Shown here: piece after piece, positions 12,980-25,076 of the stretch
Layout: every line of letters starts with the position of its first letter
Position numbering within the stretch: the first letter of the stretch is position 1
Assembly: GCF_000315625.1 (NCBI RefSeq)
Contig: NW_005434649.1
Span: 310,001-374,000 of the forward strand
Reading direction: 5' to 3'
Source of the DNA: Guillardia theta CCMP2712
Taxonomy: Eukaryota > Protista > Cryptophyta
DNA: 64,000 bases
Program-made: the position numbers and the translations under genes
Notes under the pieces: generated by a model
The model's input: the letters and a program-made list of their open reading frames with translations, nothing else
Database searches by the model: none
What the model was told of the DNA's origin: nothing

Positions 12980-13507
12980 CTAGGTAATGCACTTATCGAG
13001 GACGTTGCACGCTTCCGATGTGAACAGTAACCCAAGGAAGCACTTGCTGTCGTCAGATTCCATAAGCTCACGGCTCGTAATCCCACTTTGAGAATTTGTG
13101 CACTTCTGTTCTATCAAAGACTTGTAAATGGATTTCAAGTCCATGACGGAATCTTCGGACCTTATTGACTGAGGGGAGGGCGGTTGAATCTGAAGATCCA
13201 CGCTAGTTGACCGCGTTCGGAGCCCACAATTTCTCATGTTGATGTGAGACACACTTGTGGCGTTCTCAAGGCACATCAACGATCTTCTCCTCTCCTTGTC
13301 TCGACATATTTGACCTGATGATGCCTTGCTAGATCGTATGTTTCGTAAGAGCCACTCGTTCGCCTTCGATTCCCCGCAACTCGCACGCAGCTCTTGGTAG
13401 AAATAGAGATGTGCTGTGCTCGAATCCGACGATGATCTTTGATCCCGTGAATGCTGTGCCCTAGGCTCAGCTGATAATGCAGTTTGGTCGGGATTGCCTC
13501 CGGCCAT
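12980..13507 (-). CDS. Two-motif orphan family member B, intronless, ~175 aa
   Basis: Motifs TAHLYFYQELRASCGESKANEW and LGLLFTSEACNVLD; ATG of MAGGNPDQ at 13507. Confidence 0.8.
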   Translation of the reverse strand: MAGGNPDQTALSAEPRAQHSRDQRSSSDSSTAHLYFYQELRASCGESKANEWLLRNIRSSKASSGQICRDKERRRSLMCLENATSVSHINMRNCGLRTRSTSVDLQIQPPSPQSIRSEDSVMDLKSIYKSLIEQKCTNSQSGITSRELMESDDSKCFLGLLFTSEACNVLDKCIT

Positions 13508-13920
13508 TTTCGCCTTTCTGTTCAAGACAAGAAAATTTCGTTTACGTATGAATAAAATCACAATGTGTAGTGTCGATCGATATCGAAAACTTTCTTCCTG
13601 CTTCAATTTTGAGTGCTGAATTGTAGTCTCTTCTGCTGGTTTCCTCCCTTTACACCCGACCCGTATTTATTGCCTCGCCCCCAAATCCTGCTAACTGCCT
13701 TCTCCTAAGCGATCGAACGGACATGACTCCTCTTTGATGACAAAATATCCGATCCCTAAACGCATCGATCCCGAAAGATCTCGTAGGTAACACTCCTTTT
13801 CGAGGACGACGCCCGGTTTAGATTGTCAGCACCTTCTTTTACTACACAATGCTGACCAGGTGAACTCATTTATCCCGTCTCCGGCGTCATCATTCTTGTT
13901 ACTACACTCCGTGCCACCTC

Positions 13921-14420
13921 GTGACAGATGTCAGTAGGCTGAAGCTGAGCCAGCCGACTCCGGAGTCCGGCGAGTACCGTCAGACCGTTCGATGGTCCGA
14001 GTCTGGCCCGGGCAGGGCCGCCGCGGCCCGGGGCATGGTAACCTTACTTAAGTTACCTTCAAGTTGGACCGCCCAGGCCGGCCCCGGGCCCCGGGCCGGG
14101 GCCCGCAGGCACTGGCACTGACTCCGACTCGGCGTGATCACTCAGGCTCAGGCTCCCGCGGCCCGGGCCCGGGCGGGGGGGGGCCCGGGTGGGGGGGGGC
14201 CGGGGGCGGCCGCCCACCCCCACCCCCCCGGTGACTGGCAGTCTCGCAGTCGCCGGCAAGCGGGGGCGGCCTCTCTACTCAGTGAGGCTCCGAGTCTCAG
14301 GCTGATCATCGGATCAAGTTGTCACCGTCACCTGCCAAGTTACTGATTTTCAAACTCCGTTTGAATCATGAACTTAAGTTTGCCACCGGAGTAAAGCCTG
14401 TACCGTGCGGCCCGCCGCTG
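13921..14420. repeat. GC-rich intergenic block of a probable dispersed repeat type
   Basis: Dense CCGGG/GGCCC palindromes with ACTCAG/TGAGT and AAGTT words; similar blocks at 11020-11105, 22255-22560, 29100-29470 and 48020-48470. Confidence 0.55.
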
Positions 14421-14964
14421 CATCATCATCGGCGAGTCAATCCACTGCCACGGATGATCTTTGCATTGAAGATCAGGCGGCAGTTGACTGTAGTACTGAA
14501 TTGGCTTCGGAAGTTCCGGCGAACTGGAAGGAACTTGAAACTGAAACTGGCGGCAACCATGATCCGAAGTCTCAGGATGCTAAGTCAGATACTAGAATCA
14601 GAGGCCGCTACATCAGAGCACTGATCAAGGATGAGATGATCTGCGGGTCAGCCGCCCGCTGGGATTGATGGGTTCGGATTTGAACATGATTGCTTTACTG
14701 CTACTATCACATAGACATTGCTTGTATTTTTTTTTTGATTTTCAAGTTGGGCAGTGAGGAAACTGAAATGCTGAGATGCGGCGCGGCGGAAAAACTTTGA
14801 ACCCCTGGCTAACAAGCCTTCAAGTTGAGTTGCACGTTGAAGCCTGACAAGGCCAGGAGGGAGAAAAATGAGAGGGAGAGAGAGACTGAAGAGTTGAGGA
14901 GGAGAAGTCTGAAAGGTAGGACCGAGACCCTGACTAGGCTGGCGTGCTCGGACCGAGACCCCGA

Positions 14965-17900
14965 CTAGCTCGCGTGCTCAGGATAGGGGCTCAGGGGAGA
15001 CTCTTCCTGATGATGATGCGACGCTGCCTGCATCGCGAACCTGCGAGCTTGAAAGTGCCACCTGCGGTAGATCCGGTTGAAGACCAGGACGCTCAGCTCC
15101 TTGGCGTTGGGCACCAGGTCGTGACTTTCCTTCTCTGTGTCTTCAGCATTTTCAAGCTGGTCCATCAGCACTCCGATGACGATGTTGAGCAAGATGAAGC
15201 CAGACATGGAGTAGAAGAGGTAGAAATAGATGGAGGAGATCGCCGGGGCTGCAGCGTTGTACGGGCCGCAGCTGGAGACGCAAGCCACGTAGCCCGAGGA
15301 GGAGGACTGCCCGGGGGTGGAGCAATTCATCAGTCCCATCTCCTCGAGGAAGCTTGCCTCCGAGTCCGTGAGGCACATAGGGAGCGCCAGCTGAGCAAGG
15401 TTCATCCAGTTCTCAGTGTCCTCCCCGTACAGGGTCATGGACTCGTTCCTCTTGAGAAGCGCGTTGGCGGCGATGTACATGGCGGCGTCTGAGGAGTGCT
15501 GCGAGAAATGCGTCAAGTTCGCGCTCGCGTGCAGCTTCCACCCTGCCGAGGGATCGTAACCGAACTTGGACACGTACAGGTCCCACACGTCCTGCGGCAC
15601 GGGCGTCCTTGCTGGGGCAGCGAGCCCGAAGATGGGCAGGAGCGCCCCCCAGTTGTCCCCACTGGCAGTCCTGAAGAGAGTCAGGAGGGCCATGCCGACC
15701 CCCTGGAAGTGCGCGTGCCTCTCCAGCAGGTAGTCGGGGTCGGTGAACATGCACCGGATCCCCAGGTTGTCCGGCTGCCCCTCGTCCCCTGAGACGCACA
15801 TGCTGCCGAAGAGGTTCACGCCGAGCACGCCGAAGATGAAGAAGAGGAGGCAGAGGCCTCCCACGAGGTTGCCGATGGCTGGCAGCGAGCTCCCTAGCGT
15901 CGCCACGATGGCCTGCAGGCCCTTGAGAGTCTTGAAGATGCGGAAGGCGCGGAGGATGCGGAAGATACGGAAGATCCTGAGAATTCTGAGGATGGTGGGG
16001 TTGAATCCGAGAGCCGCACCGGCGTTGTCAATCATGATGCCGATGAAGCTCGTCATCACGATGAAGAAGTCGAACTTGTTCCAGTTGCCCCTGAAGTATC
16101 TCTTGGGGTGGAACGCAAGTATCTTGAGCACGCACTCCCCGCCGAAGATGAACGTGAAGAAGAAATTGCAGACCTTCTGGAATCGGTTCTGCCAGTCGCT
16201 GGGCTTGAAGCTCTCGAACGACATGGTGAGCACGTTGGTGATGATGAAGAAGGCGATGAAGAGATCGAACTTGGAGTGGCTGATCACTCTGAACGCCTTC
16301 AGCCGGATCCCCGACGTAGGGTCGTCGAACACCTCGGGGAGCTTCAGGACAATCTTTGTCGGCTCCGCAGCGGTCTTGGTGTAGTCCTCCATGGAAGCGA
16401 AGTAGCAGTCTACAAACACGCCCACCACCATGTTTACTATCACAGCACCGGCCACCAGCAGGGAGACGATGTAGAAGATCGACGCCATGAAGAGCTGGTT
16501 GTTCTCCTCAGGCCCCGTGATCTTGCTCGTGGTGTCGGCGCCTGACCAGAAGTGGTTCGGCCAGTTGTCCTGGCTTGCCAGCATCAGCTGCGTCAGGATC
16601 GCGCTCCCCAGGTTGTCAAAGTTGAAGCTGTAGTGCGTCCACTGCCGCGCATTCCCATCCGAGTCCAACCCCACGCACTCCATCATCGTCCACACCGTCG
16701 GGTCGCTACACCAGACGATCTTCCCTTCCAGCAGCTGCATCCCCAAGATTCCAAACACGATGCAGAACGCCACGCAGAGGATCCCAGTGTTCATGAGCGG
16801 CTTCACGGCGCTCGCCATTGTCATCACCAGCACCCGCAGCCCCTTGGCTCGCGACAAGATGCGCAGGGGGCGAAGGGCTCGGAAGATCCTGAAGATTCTG
16901 AAGATCTTAAGGGCCCCAAGGTTGACGTTGAGCCCGCTGAGGATGACGGTGAAGAGGACATCGATGTCGCTGGTGACAACAAGAAAGAAGTCAAGCCGAT
17001 TCCATCCAGACTTGATGTAAGTTGGGAAGGAGAGCGCGACGATCTTGAAGATCATCTCCAGGGTGAAGGAGGCGTTTAGGATGTAGTTGGCGTTGTTGAG
17101 GAAGGCGGACATCACGCTCGTGTCAGAAATGTACGGGTTTTGAATCGCGAGGCAGATTGTGCTCATGAGGATACAGAGCAGGATGTACCTCTCGAAGTAC
17201 TTGTTCACCATCACCGCCTTGCAGCCCTTGCGCACAATCGAGTTGGGAGGAAAGCAGAAGCAGGATTTCTTCTCCACCACCTCCACGGGCACTGGCTGCT
17301 GATGAATCTTCCTCTGCGTCTCCCTGTGTTGCAGGTGCACCTTGTTGATGGTGGTCGACTGAATGGTGATGCGAGCCTTGGCGAGCAGCTCCACGATCAT
17401 GCTCACAAACTCATCGAAACTGATCCTGCCGGTCCCATCCGTGTCATACTTCTGCACCAGCTTCTTGAGGTCCCTCGGCTTGTTGCTGAAGTAGTTGATC
17501 CCCAGCATGACCAGCGCGTCGTTGAACTCGTACACGTCGATCTCCCCTGACCCATCCTTGTCGATCTCAGTGAACAGCTCTTCGATCCTCGATCCCAGCT
17601 CCCCCTCCTCCAGATGCCCCAGCTTCTCCATCAGCTGCTTCTGCATGAGCTCCTCATTCTGCTCTATCGCCTGCGCCTTCAGCTCTCCGAACTTCTGGAT
17701 CAGAATGGCTACAAACAGGTTGAACAGAATCCAGTTCCCGAAAACAATCAGGCTGTAGAACCAGAATCCGCTCGCTGCCCCCGCGTTTGCGACTGCTGTG
17801 TACATGTCATCGTTCCAGTTGGCGATGGTCATGACCTGGAACGAAGTCAAGAAGGCATGTCCTAGATCGTCGAAGTGGAATCGTGGCGAGGCAGAGACAA

Positions 17901-20806
17901 TTTTAGGCACATTCAGGACTGGATCACCATCCACGGCGCTCCATATCATGCCCCTGCTATCGAGGCGCCCTCCCAGGGAACGGTTGACCACAGGGTCGAT
18001 GTCGCCAAACTCAACGTAGACGTGCCATGGCGTCTGCGAGTGGTTGATGAAGTCGAACGCCTTGATAATCCCATGGCGTGGCTCCCCGCCATTCATGTCC
18101 CACGGGAACTGGACGTAGACCGCGGAGCCTCGCTGCAGGTCTACGTTGGACAGCAGGTCGATCATCTTCCCGCCCAGCACATTCATCCCCAGGATCGTGT
18201 AGATGAGGAGCATCATCAGGATCAGACCGATGAGCGCGCTGACGGACTTCATCACGGATCCGAGGATGCGAATCTGTTTCTGCAGGTCTGGCATGGCCCG
18301 TAGAAACTTAGTCAGACGCACCAGCCTGAAGGCCCTCAGCACGGATGTAGCCCCGTTCCCGTCGCAGTTGTAGTACTGCAGTGGGTTCATGCTGAGAACG
18401 CCCGTCAGGTTCAGGACCTTGGGGACGATCAGGGAACTTCGAATCTGTGGAGTGAGAGTGTCCGGCGAGACCTGCACCACGTCCGACAGGTCTACCTGCT
18501 GCCCCAGCATGCTCGGGGTCGGCTTCTCAGTGAAGCAGATGTACATGCTAATCACAGACGGCAGCTCGACAACGCTCGCCATAACAATCACAAAATCGAA
18601 GATGTTGAGGCCGGACTGGAAGTACTTGAGGAAGGGAAATCGAAAGGTGGTGCCCAGCCCTATCATCTTGATCAACATCTCCCCAACGAAACAAGCGGTG
18701 AAGATAAGATTCATGATTTGCAGAGAAGCGTGAAATCCTGGGCACCAATCTTGTTCGTACGTGCAGATCCCTCCAGTCGCCATGCACACGGTGTTGACTG
18801 TAATCACTCCAAGAATGAAGTTTGTCAACGCAGGAGACTTGGCAAGGAGTCTGAGCTTGAACTTCAACCAAGACAGCCCTGTCTTCTTGGGTGTTTTTTG
18901 GTTCAGGCTGAGATTCACTGACCCACCGTTCCGCATTCTTGCTTCAATGTCATCCCAAGACATACTCGTGAACCGTTCACGAGCGTTCAACGGGGAGTGT
19001 ACGGACGACTCTGGAGCAACCTTTGCAGATTTGCCTTCTGCAGGGTTCGCAATGAATTCCTCGACCACCTTCTCTACCTTCACTTCGCTGCTCTTGTTCT
19101 TGTACTCCTCCGTCAGCTGCGAATACCTCATCGCAATCACCACCAGGAAGAGCTGGACCGCAAAAAAAGGGCCGAGAGAAACCAGGAGAACAAAGTACAG
19201 GAAGTTCCAGAAGCCAACAGTGTCTTGGATCTGATAGCAGATGTCCGTCCACCCCTCCAAGGTCATCACCTGGAAGATAGTTGTGATCGCACCGCCGATC
19301 GAGTCGAAGTTGATGGCGCCTCGCCCCGGGTTCTCCCCCAGGAGCAAGCATTCTTGTCCAACGGAGCATTGAAACATCCCCCCGCTGTGACTGCCCGACG
19401 TTACGTCCATCCCTTTCGACGCCCAGAAATAAACCCACTCGTCGGTGTCACGAGGCCCCAGCCAGCAGCTCGACCCGTCCCCCGACACCACCCCCGTGTC
19501 GATGTCGAAACACACCCCTCGCATCAACCCTGTTGGTAGTCTCACGTCAGACGCGGACACAAAAGTTTCCTCCTCCCTCCGCAAGCAAGCTGAATTACCG
19601 CTGAACAGTTGAACTCCGAGGATGCCGAAAACAAAGAATATAAAAAGGCAGACGCCAATGACGTTCCCCAGGGCTGGCAGGCACTGCAACAGGGGTTACA
19701 ACGGCAACAAGAGCAGCCGAGCCTTCACCTGCAGCAGGAGCACCACCAAAAACTTGAGCTCAGGGAACTTGTTTACAGCTCGCAAGGGCCGCAGAACGCG
19801 CAGTGAACGCAGTGCACTTAGATTTCCTGAGCCCTGTCCTCCACTGGGAATAAAATCCAGAATACCTATTATTACAACCACAAAATCCAACCTTTGTGAG
19901 CAACCAGTAAGATATCTCATCACAGACATTGCAGCAGACGAGGCTCACTCACCAGTTCCAAAGCTCCGCCAGGTAGGTCTTTGACCCCCAGAACAGGCCC
20001 AGAGCTATGATCTTTGCAACGCACTCGAGAACAAAGAAGGCAGAGAAAAATTTTCCAATCAAGTCGAGGAAATCCCTTCCTGCAGGAGGCCAGGTCTTGC
20101 CCGTCCCCCACTTCCCACAATAACCATACGGCCTGACGGAGACGAGGAGCATGCCCTCATCGAGGGGACCTGTCAGCATGTCACCTTCCAGGTCCAGCAG
20201 CTCAACGAGAGTACGTCAAAAGGGTCAATCATGGCTAGCTGGACGGTGTTGAGAGCGATGACAAACAACACGATCCGATCCCACCACTTCCACTCTATCC
20301 CACGGATACACAGCTTCCTGAGTGGGTTTTGCAGGCTGAACAATCGTAATGATCTGGGAGATAAAATCATCTCAATAGAGGGTTCACCCACATTTGACTA
20401 CCTCGGGGAGTATTTGCGGGGATCTGGCCATGCTCTAGATGCCTCTTGCTTCCGTTTCATCTCTCGGCGCTCGGAAAGGGCGACAGAAGCTGATTTCCGA
20501 GAAGACGTTGTGAATCCAGATCTGAATCGTTTCAGTCAGCAACTCACAAACCTCCGCCGGGACATGTTCACCTGATACTTGTCCTTGAAGCTTGAGATGC
20601 ACTTCTCTGAAAATCTGCACTGAAATGCCCATTTGGCACTGCTTTTGAGTAACATGCAAACTGCTCTTCGGATTCCGTGGACAGGATGGTATCCTGCCTT
20701 GACGGAATGGACTCGCTGGGTGCTTCAAAGTCGTCAGGGTGTACTTGCCCCTCTGCATACTTGTCAGGTTGACTTCGACAAGGAGCGCAGAGATGTCACC
20801 TGACAT
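14965..20806 (-). CDS. Four-domain voltage-gated Ca2+/cation channel alpha subunit (Cav-like) with an EF-hand pair in the II-III linker
   Basis: Four S4 segments (LRSLRVLRPLRAV; LRAFRLVRLTKFLR; IFRIFRIFRALRPLRIL; LRILRIFRIFRILRAFRIFK); pore motifs TLEGW, TIANW, SQDNW, SGDNW; EF loops DKDGSGEIDVYE and DTDGTGRISFDE. 5' exons splice from ATG 20806; probable in-frame 69-nt intron at 19530-19598. Confidence 0.93.
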
Positions 20807-22193
20807 TTGTTATGGTTTCACGATGAATTGGGGTTCACACTTGAAAGACGTTGTGTATTGAGGTAAAATGCTGGCATCAGGGATTTCCAGCGTTGAAGTA
20901 CAGGATGTAGAATTCAGTAGGATAGCGCCTGTTTGTTCGAGGTAGAAGGCAAGGGAGGATGGCCTAAACCAGGAGGTGTATCAAACCCCACCAAAGTGAG
21001 AAGACCTTATCTCAAGGAGGAGGAATGGGGGAGATTGTTTCTGGTGAGATGCAGCGGAGAAGATGAGAGAAGATAAGGCGTGGCGAGCAGGATGAGGAGG
21101 AAGGAGAGAGAATGAGGAGAAGGAGGAGGAGGTCTCAGCGAGGCAGGAAGCAGAGATTAGAGACGGTGCATGCCGTCGGTTGGCATGGACATGGGTGGCG
21201 TCGGGTCAACTCTGAGGCGAGCTGCTCACTAAAATCTGGGTACATTGTAGGGTGGGTCATAGTGAGAGGGGGTAGTCGGTGGATAGGGTAGTCAATAGGT
21301 GGGAAGGGGTACAGGAAAGTCATATAGTGTGGAGGAGACGGGGTGACCCGTCTTGAGTCGTGAGGGAGTCGAGGGGAGGGGTGGTGAAAAGTTGAAGGAG
21401 GCACGGGAGTACCGAGAGAAACCTTGAGAAGGTGATGGCTGTTATTGGAAAGAGGGGTACTGTGACTAAGGGGTGGTGGTAGTCACTTAGCTAGGGTAGG
21501 ATAGGTAGTGGGCTAGAGGGGAAGGGGTGGTGTGGAGGAAGGATAATTAATGAAAATTGGCTCACTACTGGCTGAGGTCTACGGCCAGTGGGGATCAAAG
21601 GGGGTGGGTGGAGATAGTGGGTGGGGTTGGGTCGGTTGATCAAAATTGAGCTACTGCAGGGGGTAGGGTGACTTCCATTCCCCGAGAAGATTCCCCAACC
21701 ACCTCCCCTGGAAAAGATAGGAATATAGGGGTACAGGATAACTACAGCGGGGACGGTATCTTGGAGTAGGGTAGTACATACTTCAACATCTATCAGAGGG
21801 GTGGGTACTGTACTGAGCATTTCAAGTTTGAGGTGGGGTACTGTTTTTTATCAGTTTTTTTCCTTTCCGATGTGTTCTCTAGTCGGTCAGACCAGGCCTG
21901 TGCAGGAACACAGGTGGGTAGGGTGATATCTGAGGGGTACTTAAGACCACAATTGAAAGTGAAAACAGGGGTAGTCCAACGCAACAAATGACCACCGGAC
22001 TACCTCTGGTGGTGACGAAAAGGGCATCCACCACCGGCGTGTTTGCCTTCGAAAGGAGGGGTTCCTCTCCCTAGCGATGAGAAGCCTGGTTCCTATTTGA
22101 CCCGCGGGCTTCTCCGGGGGTTGGGTGGGGTCGGGAGGGGTGGTAGCACAAAATGTACTTGCCGCCTTGAGTGATACTTTGGAAGGTATAAGC

Positions 22194-22487
22194 TCTGATT
22201 TTTAACTTAACTTTGAGTAAAGTCAAGTTCCGCTACCCAGTCAACTGAAGGAGTAGGGCCCCGCCGGCCGGGGGTACCTGGGGGTGGCCCAGTGGCCGGA
22301 GTTTTTTGGTCAAGGCAGCGGCTCGAGGCCCTCAAACTTTCGCTCAATTCTCTGGTACGGTCTAACATAACTGAGCTTTTAGTTATCTGATTTTCTCAAT
22401 ACCTGATCTGACTTAACTTTGAGTAAATATACTTGCCGTAGTGACTCCCTCGTACCGTCTGATTTTTAACTTAACTTTGGGTAAAGT
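22194..22487. repeat. Three dispersed direct copies of a ~21-30 bp AT-rich motif TCTGA(TTTTTA)ACTTAACTTTG(A/G)GTAAA
   Basis: Copies at 22194-22223, 22407-22427 (shortened) and 22458-22487. Confidence 0.8.
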
Positions 22488-22609
22488 TCACACACCGGGC
22501 CCTTGGTTGACAGTGCCAGGCAACTCGGGCCGGCCCGGGCCTGCCCTGTACGGCAACGTGTACTGAAAGAAACCTGCCTCAGAGCGGAGGGGGCCACCGT
22601 CATGGTGGA

Positions 22610-25037
22610 ATGGAGATGAGGGGAGCGGTGGTGAGGACGAGAGGACAGAGCATGACGACCAGGTTGCTGGTCCTCCTGATCAGCGTTACCAACTGGCAAC
22701 ATGCTCTGCCTGACAGCCTCAACTGGCTCTATGAGGATGTCGGCCGATCAGAGGCATTTCGAGCAAAAGCAACTAGGTTGGGTACCTCTCCGTTCATCCT
22801 GGTCGAGAGGGACCCGGTACGCTACTCTAAGCCAGAAGAAGTGGAGAACAGGGTAGCTCAGATGATGGTAAAGAGGAACTTGCTCCGAGGGGGGTCAACA
22901 GCCGGCCCGATTATGCAAGGGCCACCCTGCAAGAGCAGCACCTACCGATCACCTCATTCGTCAGTTATGGGTGGGAAGCTCCAGCATCTCCGCGATCGAT
23001 GCTTCATCATGGAAATCGGGAGCCAGAAACAAGATTTGCTGAGTGGTGTGCTAGCTTCAGATGGGAGTCGCTGCGATGTGAAGCAAGTTTCTCACAGCTC
23101 CGAGCCATCGGGGTTGAGTTTCCCGGAATCAACCGTCTGCGACGATGCGATGAAGACCCATGGTCAACGGAGTCAAAAGAATGTCCTGTCAACTCCTGCT
23201 ACAAAGAAAATGACGAAGGGCTGCAAAGAGCAAGCGATCCCATCCTCAACAACGTGTAAGAAGGCAAAGATGGGCAAGAATGTTGTCACTTCGCAGATGT
23301 TAAAGTTGGTCAACTCTCAGCCTGATGGGAATGTGTTAAGCCAAAACAGGTACATACTTCTGATAACAGTACTATCTTTTAGCTGTGTTGTGCTCCTTGT
23401 TTCAACTTCGGTTTCCATCTTAAGACTTTTTGGGCAACAGGACAGAAATATTTGAAAGACCAGCCAAGAAGAGCAATTCAACCAGCAGAGACAGCGAGGT
23501 CTGCTGGTCCCGAGGATACTCCCACCTGCTGCTGCATCGACAGCATCATGGACATGTCCACGTGCAGAAGGGCTGCAGTCTTGGGTGCATGACTTGGAAG
23601 GTGTGTCATGGTGGTGGTGTCGAGAGGGGACTGCTGAGAAAGGCTCGTTTCGGCAGGAGGGGAATGCTATGTTCGAAGTTTCGAGATCAGGAAGCGGTAA
23701 ATTCTGCAGTGTGGACTATTTAAGGGCCTCAGTCAGTTTGTTCTTCATCCTTGCAGCCCATGTGTATGGCGTACATGTGTGCATGTATAACTTGGTACCT
23801 CATCAGAATCATCTCCTTCGGAAGGCAGCCCATCAGATTCTGTCTCTCGTCCCACAGAGAAGTCAAGCTGTATCTGCTCACAACTCAGAAACTGGTCGGC
23901 AAATCAGCGTGCGATGCAGAGACAGAAGAGGTATGGATGAGAAGCGCTCTTTCTGCATGTGCGATGATTTGCGGTTTGACGCAAGTGTCCAGGCTCTCAG
24001 AGCTGAAGATCCAAATGATGTGTGGAATAGGGTTTCAATGGAATACTCAGGTTGCAATCCCTGGTCTTGCTAACCCTTGACACTACTCCAATGCTAGACT
24101 TTTATTTGGGAAAAACAATATGAGGAGTTGCTCAAGTTCAAAGCGAGATTCGGGCATTGTAAGAGCATGGAGGAGAGGGGAGAGATCTAAACAACCTTTG
24201 CAAACAGGCAACGTGCCCTACAAGGGGAAGCTGCGGCGGTTAGGGTGTTGGGTGTTCAACCAGGTGAAAGCCTCTGCTGCCGACCTTCACTGCCTGACGC
24301 CTCACGAAGCGAATCTTGCAGCGGAAGGGACTCCTTTCCTCAAGCAGGTGATGAGTTGGGGATGGTAGGGAATTCGACGAGCACTTCTCAAACGACAACA
24401 GGAAACGGCGTCTGGATGAAGCGGATTTCATGTGGCAGGTTTTCTAACTTTCAATTGTTCCCTTGGGGTGTGAACTGGCGCTTCAATAACAGGTTCGGGG
24501 GGCGGACAAACTGTGGCAGAAAAGGAACAAAGAGTTCGAGTGGGAAGCTCGGTTCCGTGAACTTTGCCTGTACCGTATGCATCATGGTACGTGCGACGTG
24601 CCGAGGAAATATGAGGTTCGTATACCTCAAACCCTCCTGCCAAGCCTGACAGGACCATTTTCCCTTGTTTGTTTCTCTCTCTCCACCAGGGCAACATCGG
24701 ACGGCTCGGCTCGTGGGTGATTTCCTTGCGAGTGAAGCACAAGCAGAGGAGGCTGCAGCACACAAGAAAGCGACAGCTGGATGTTGTCTTGACAAGCCAT
24801 CAAGGCAAAGCTGACTTTTGTTCCTGTCAGGCGATCGGATTTCGATGGCAGATGCGGAAATCGTCACCATGCCGTCGAGAAGTACATGTGAGAGCTTTGC
24901 GTGCATTCTGTATCAATATATCTAACTCCCTTTGCTTGTGACTGCAGCTGAAGCCAACGGACGTTTGGCCAGAGGGCCCAGGCATCTTTGCCGAACACTA
25001 CTGCGGAAGTTCTAACGAGAAGGTTGATTTTACTTAA
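22610..25037 (+). CDS. Helicase-associated (HA) repeat protein with hydrophobic N-terminal leader, multi-exon
   Basis: Spliced segments QLRNWSANQRAMQRQKRLSELKIQMMCGIGFQW, WEKQYEELLKFKARFGHCNVPYKGKLRRLGCWVFNQ and WEARFRELCLYRMHHG..RLGSWVISLR match the HA (PF03457-type) consensus. Confidence 0.75.
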
Positions 25038-25076
25038 AAGGATTCTTGATGGATTAACGACAAGCACAATTATCAA

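Noticed and set aside
14405-14668. 87-aa ORF next to a GC-rich block, possible transposon remnant
   Set aside because: No ATG start, no transposase or reverse-transcriptase motif, no terminal repeats found
14944-19984. Many plus-strand ORFs overlapping the channel gene
   Set aside because: Antisense ORFs arising from the codon bias of the long minus-strand exon
22194-22487. Direct repeats with unique spacers, superficially CRISPR-like
   Set aside because: Only three unequal copies, irregular spacers (~180 and ~30 bp), no cas genes, eukaryotic context
23585-23720. Possible Cys-rich EsV-1-7-like motif (CHGGG..RKARFGRRG..C) in the HA gene
   Set aside because: Cys spacing is incomplete and the frame/splicing cannot be resolved by eye
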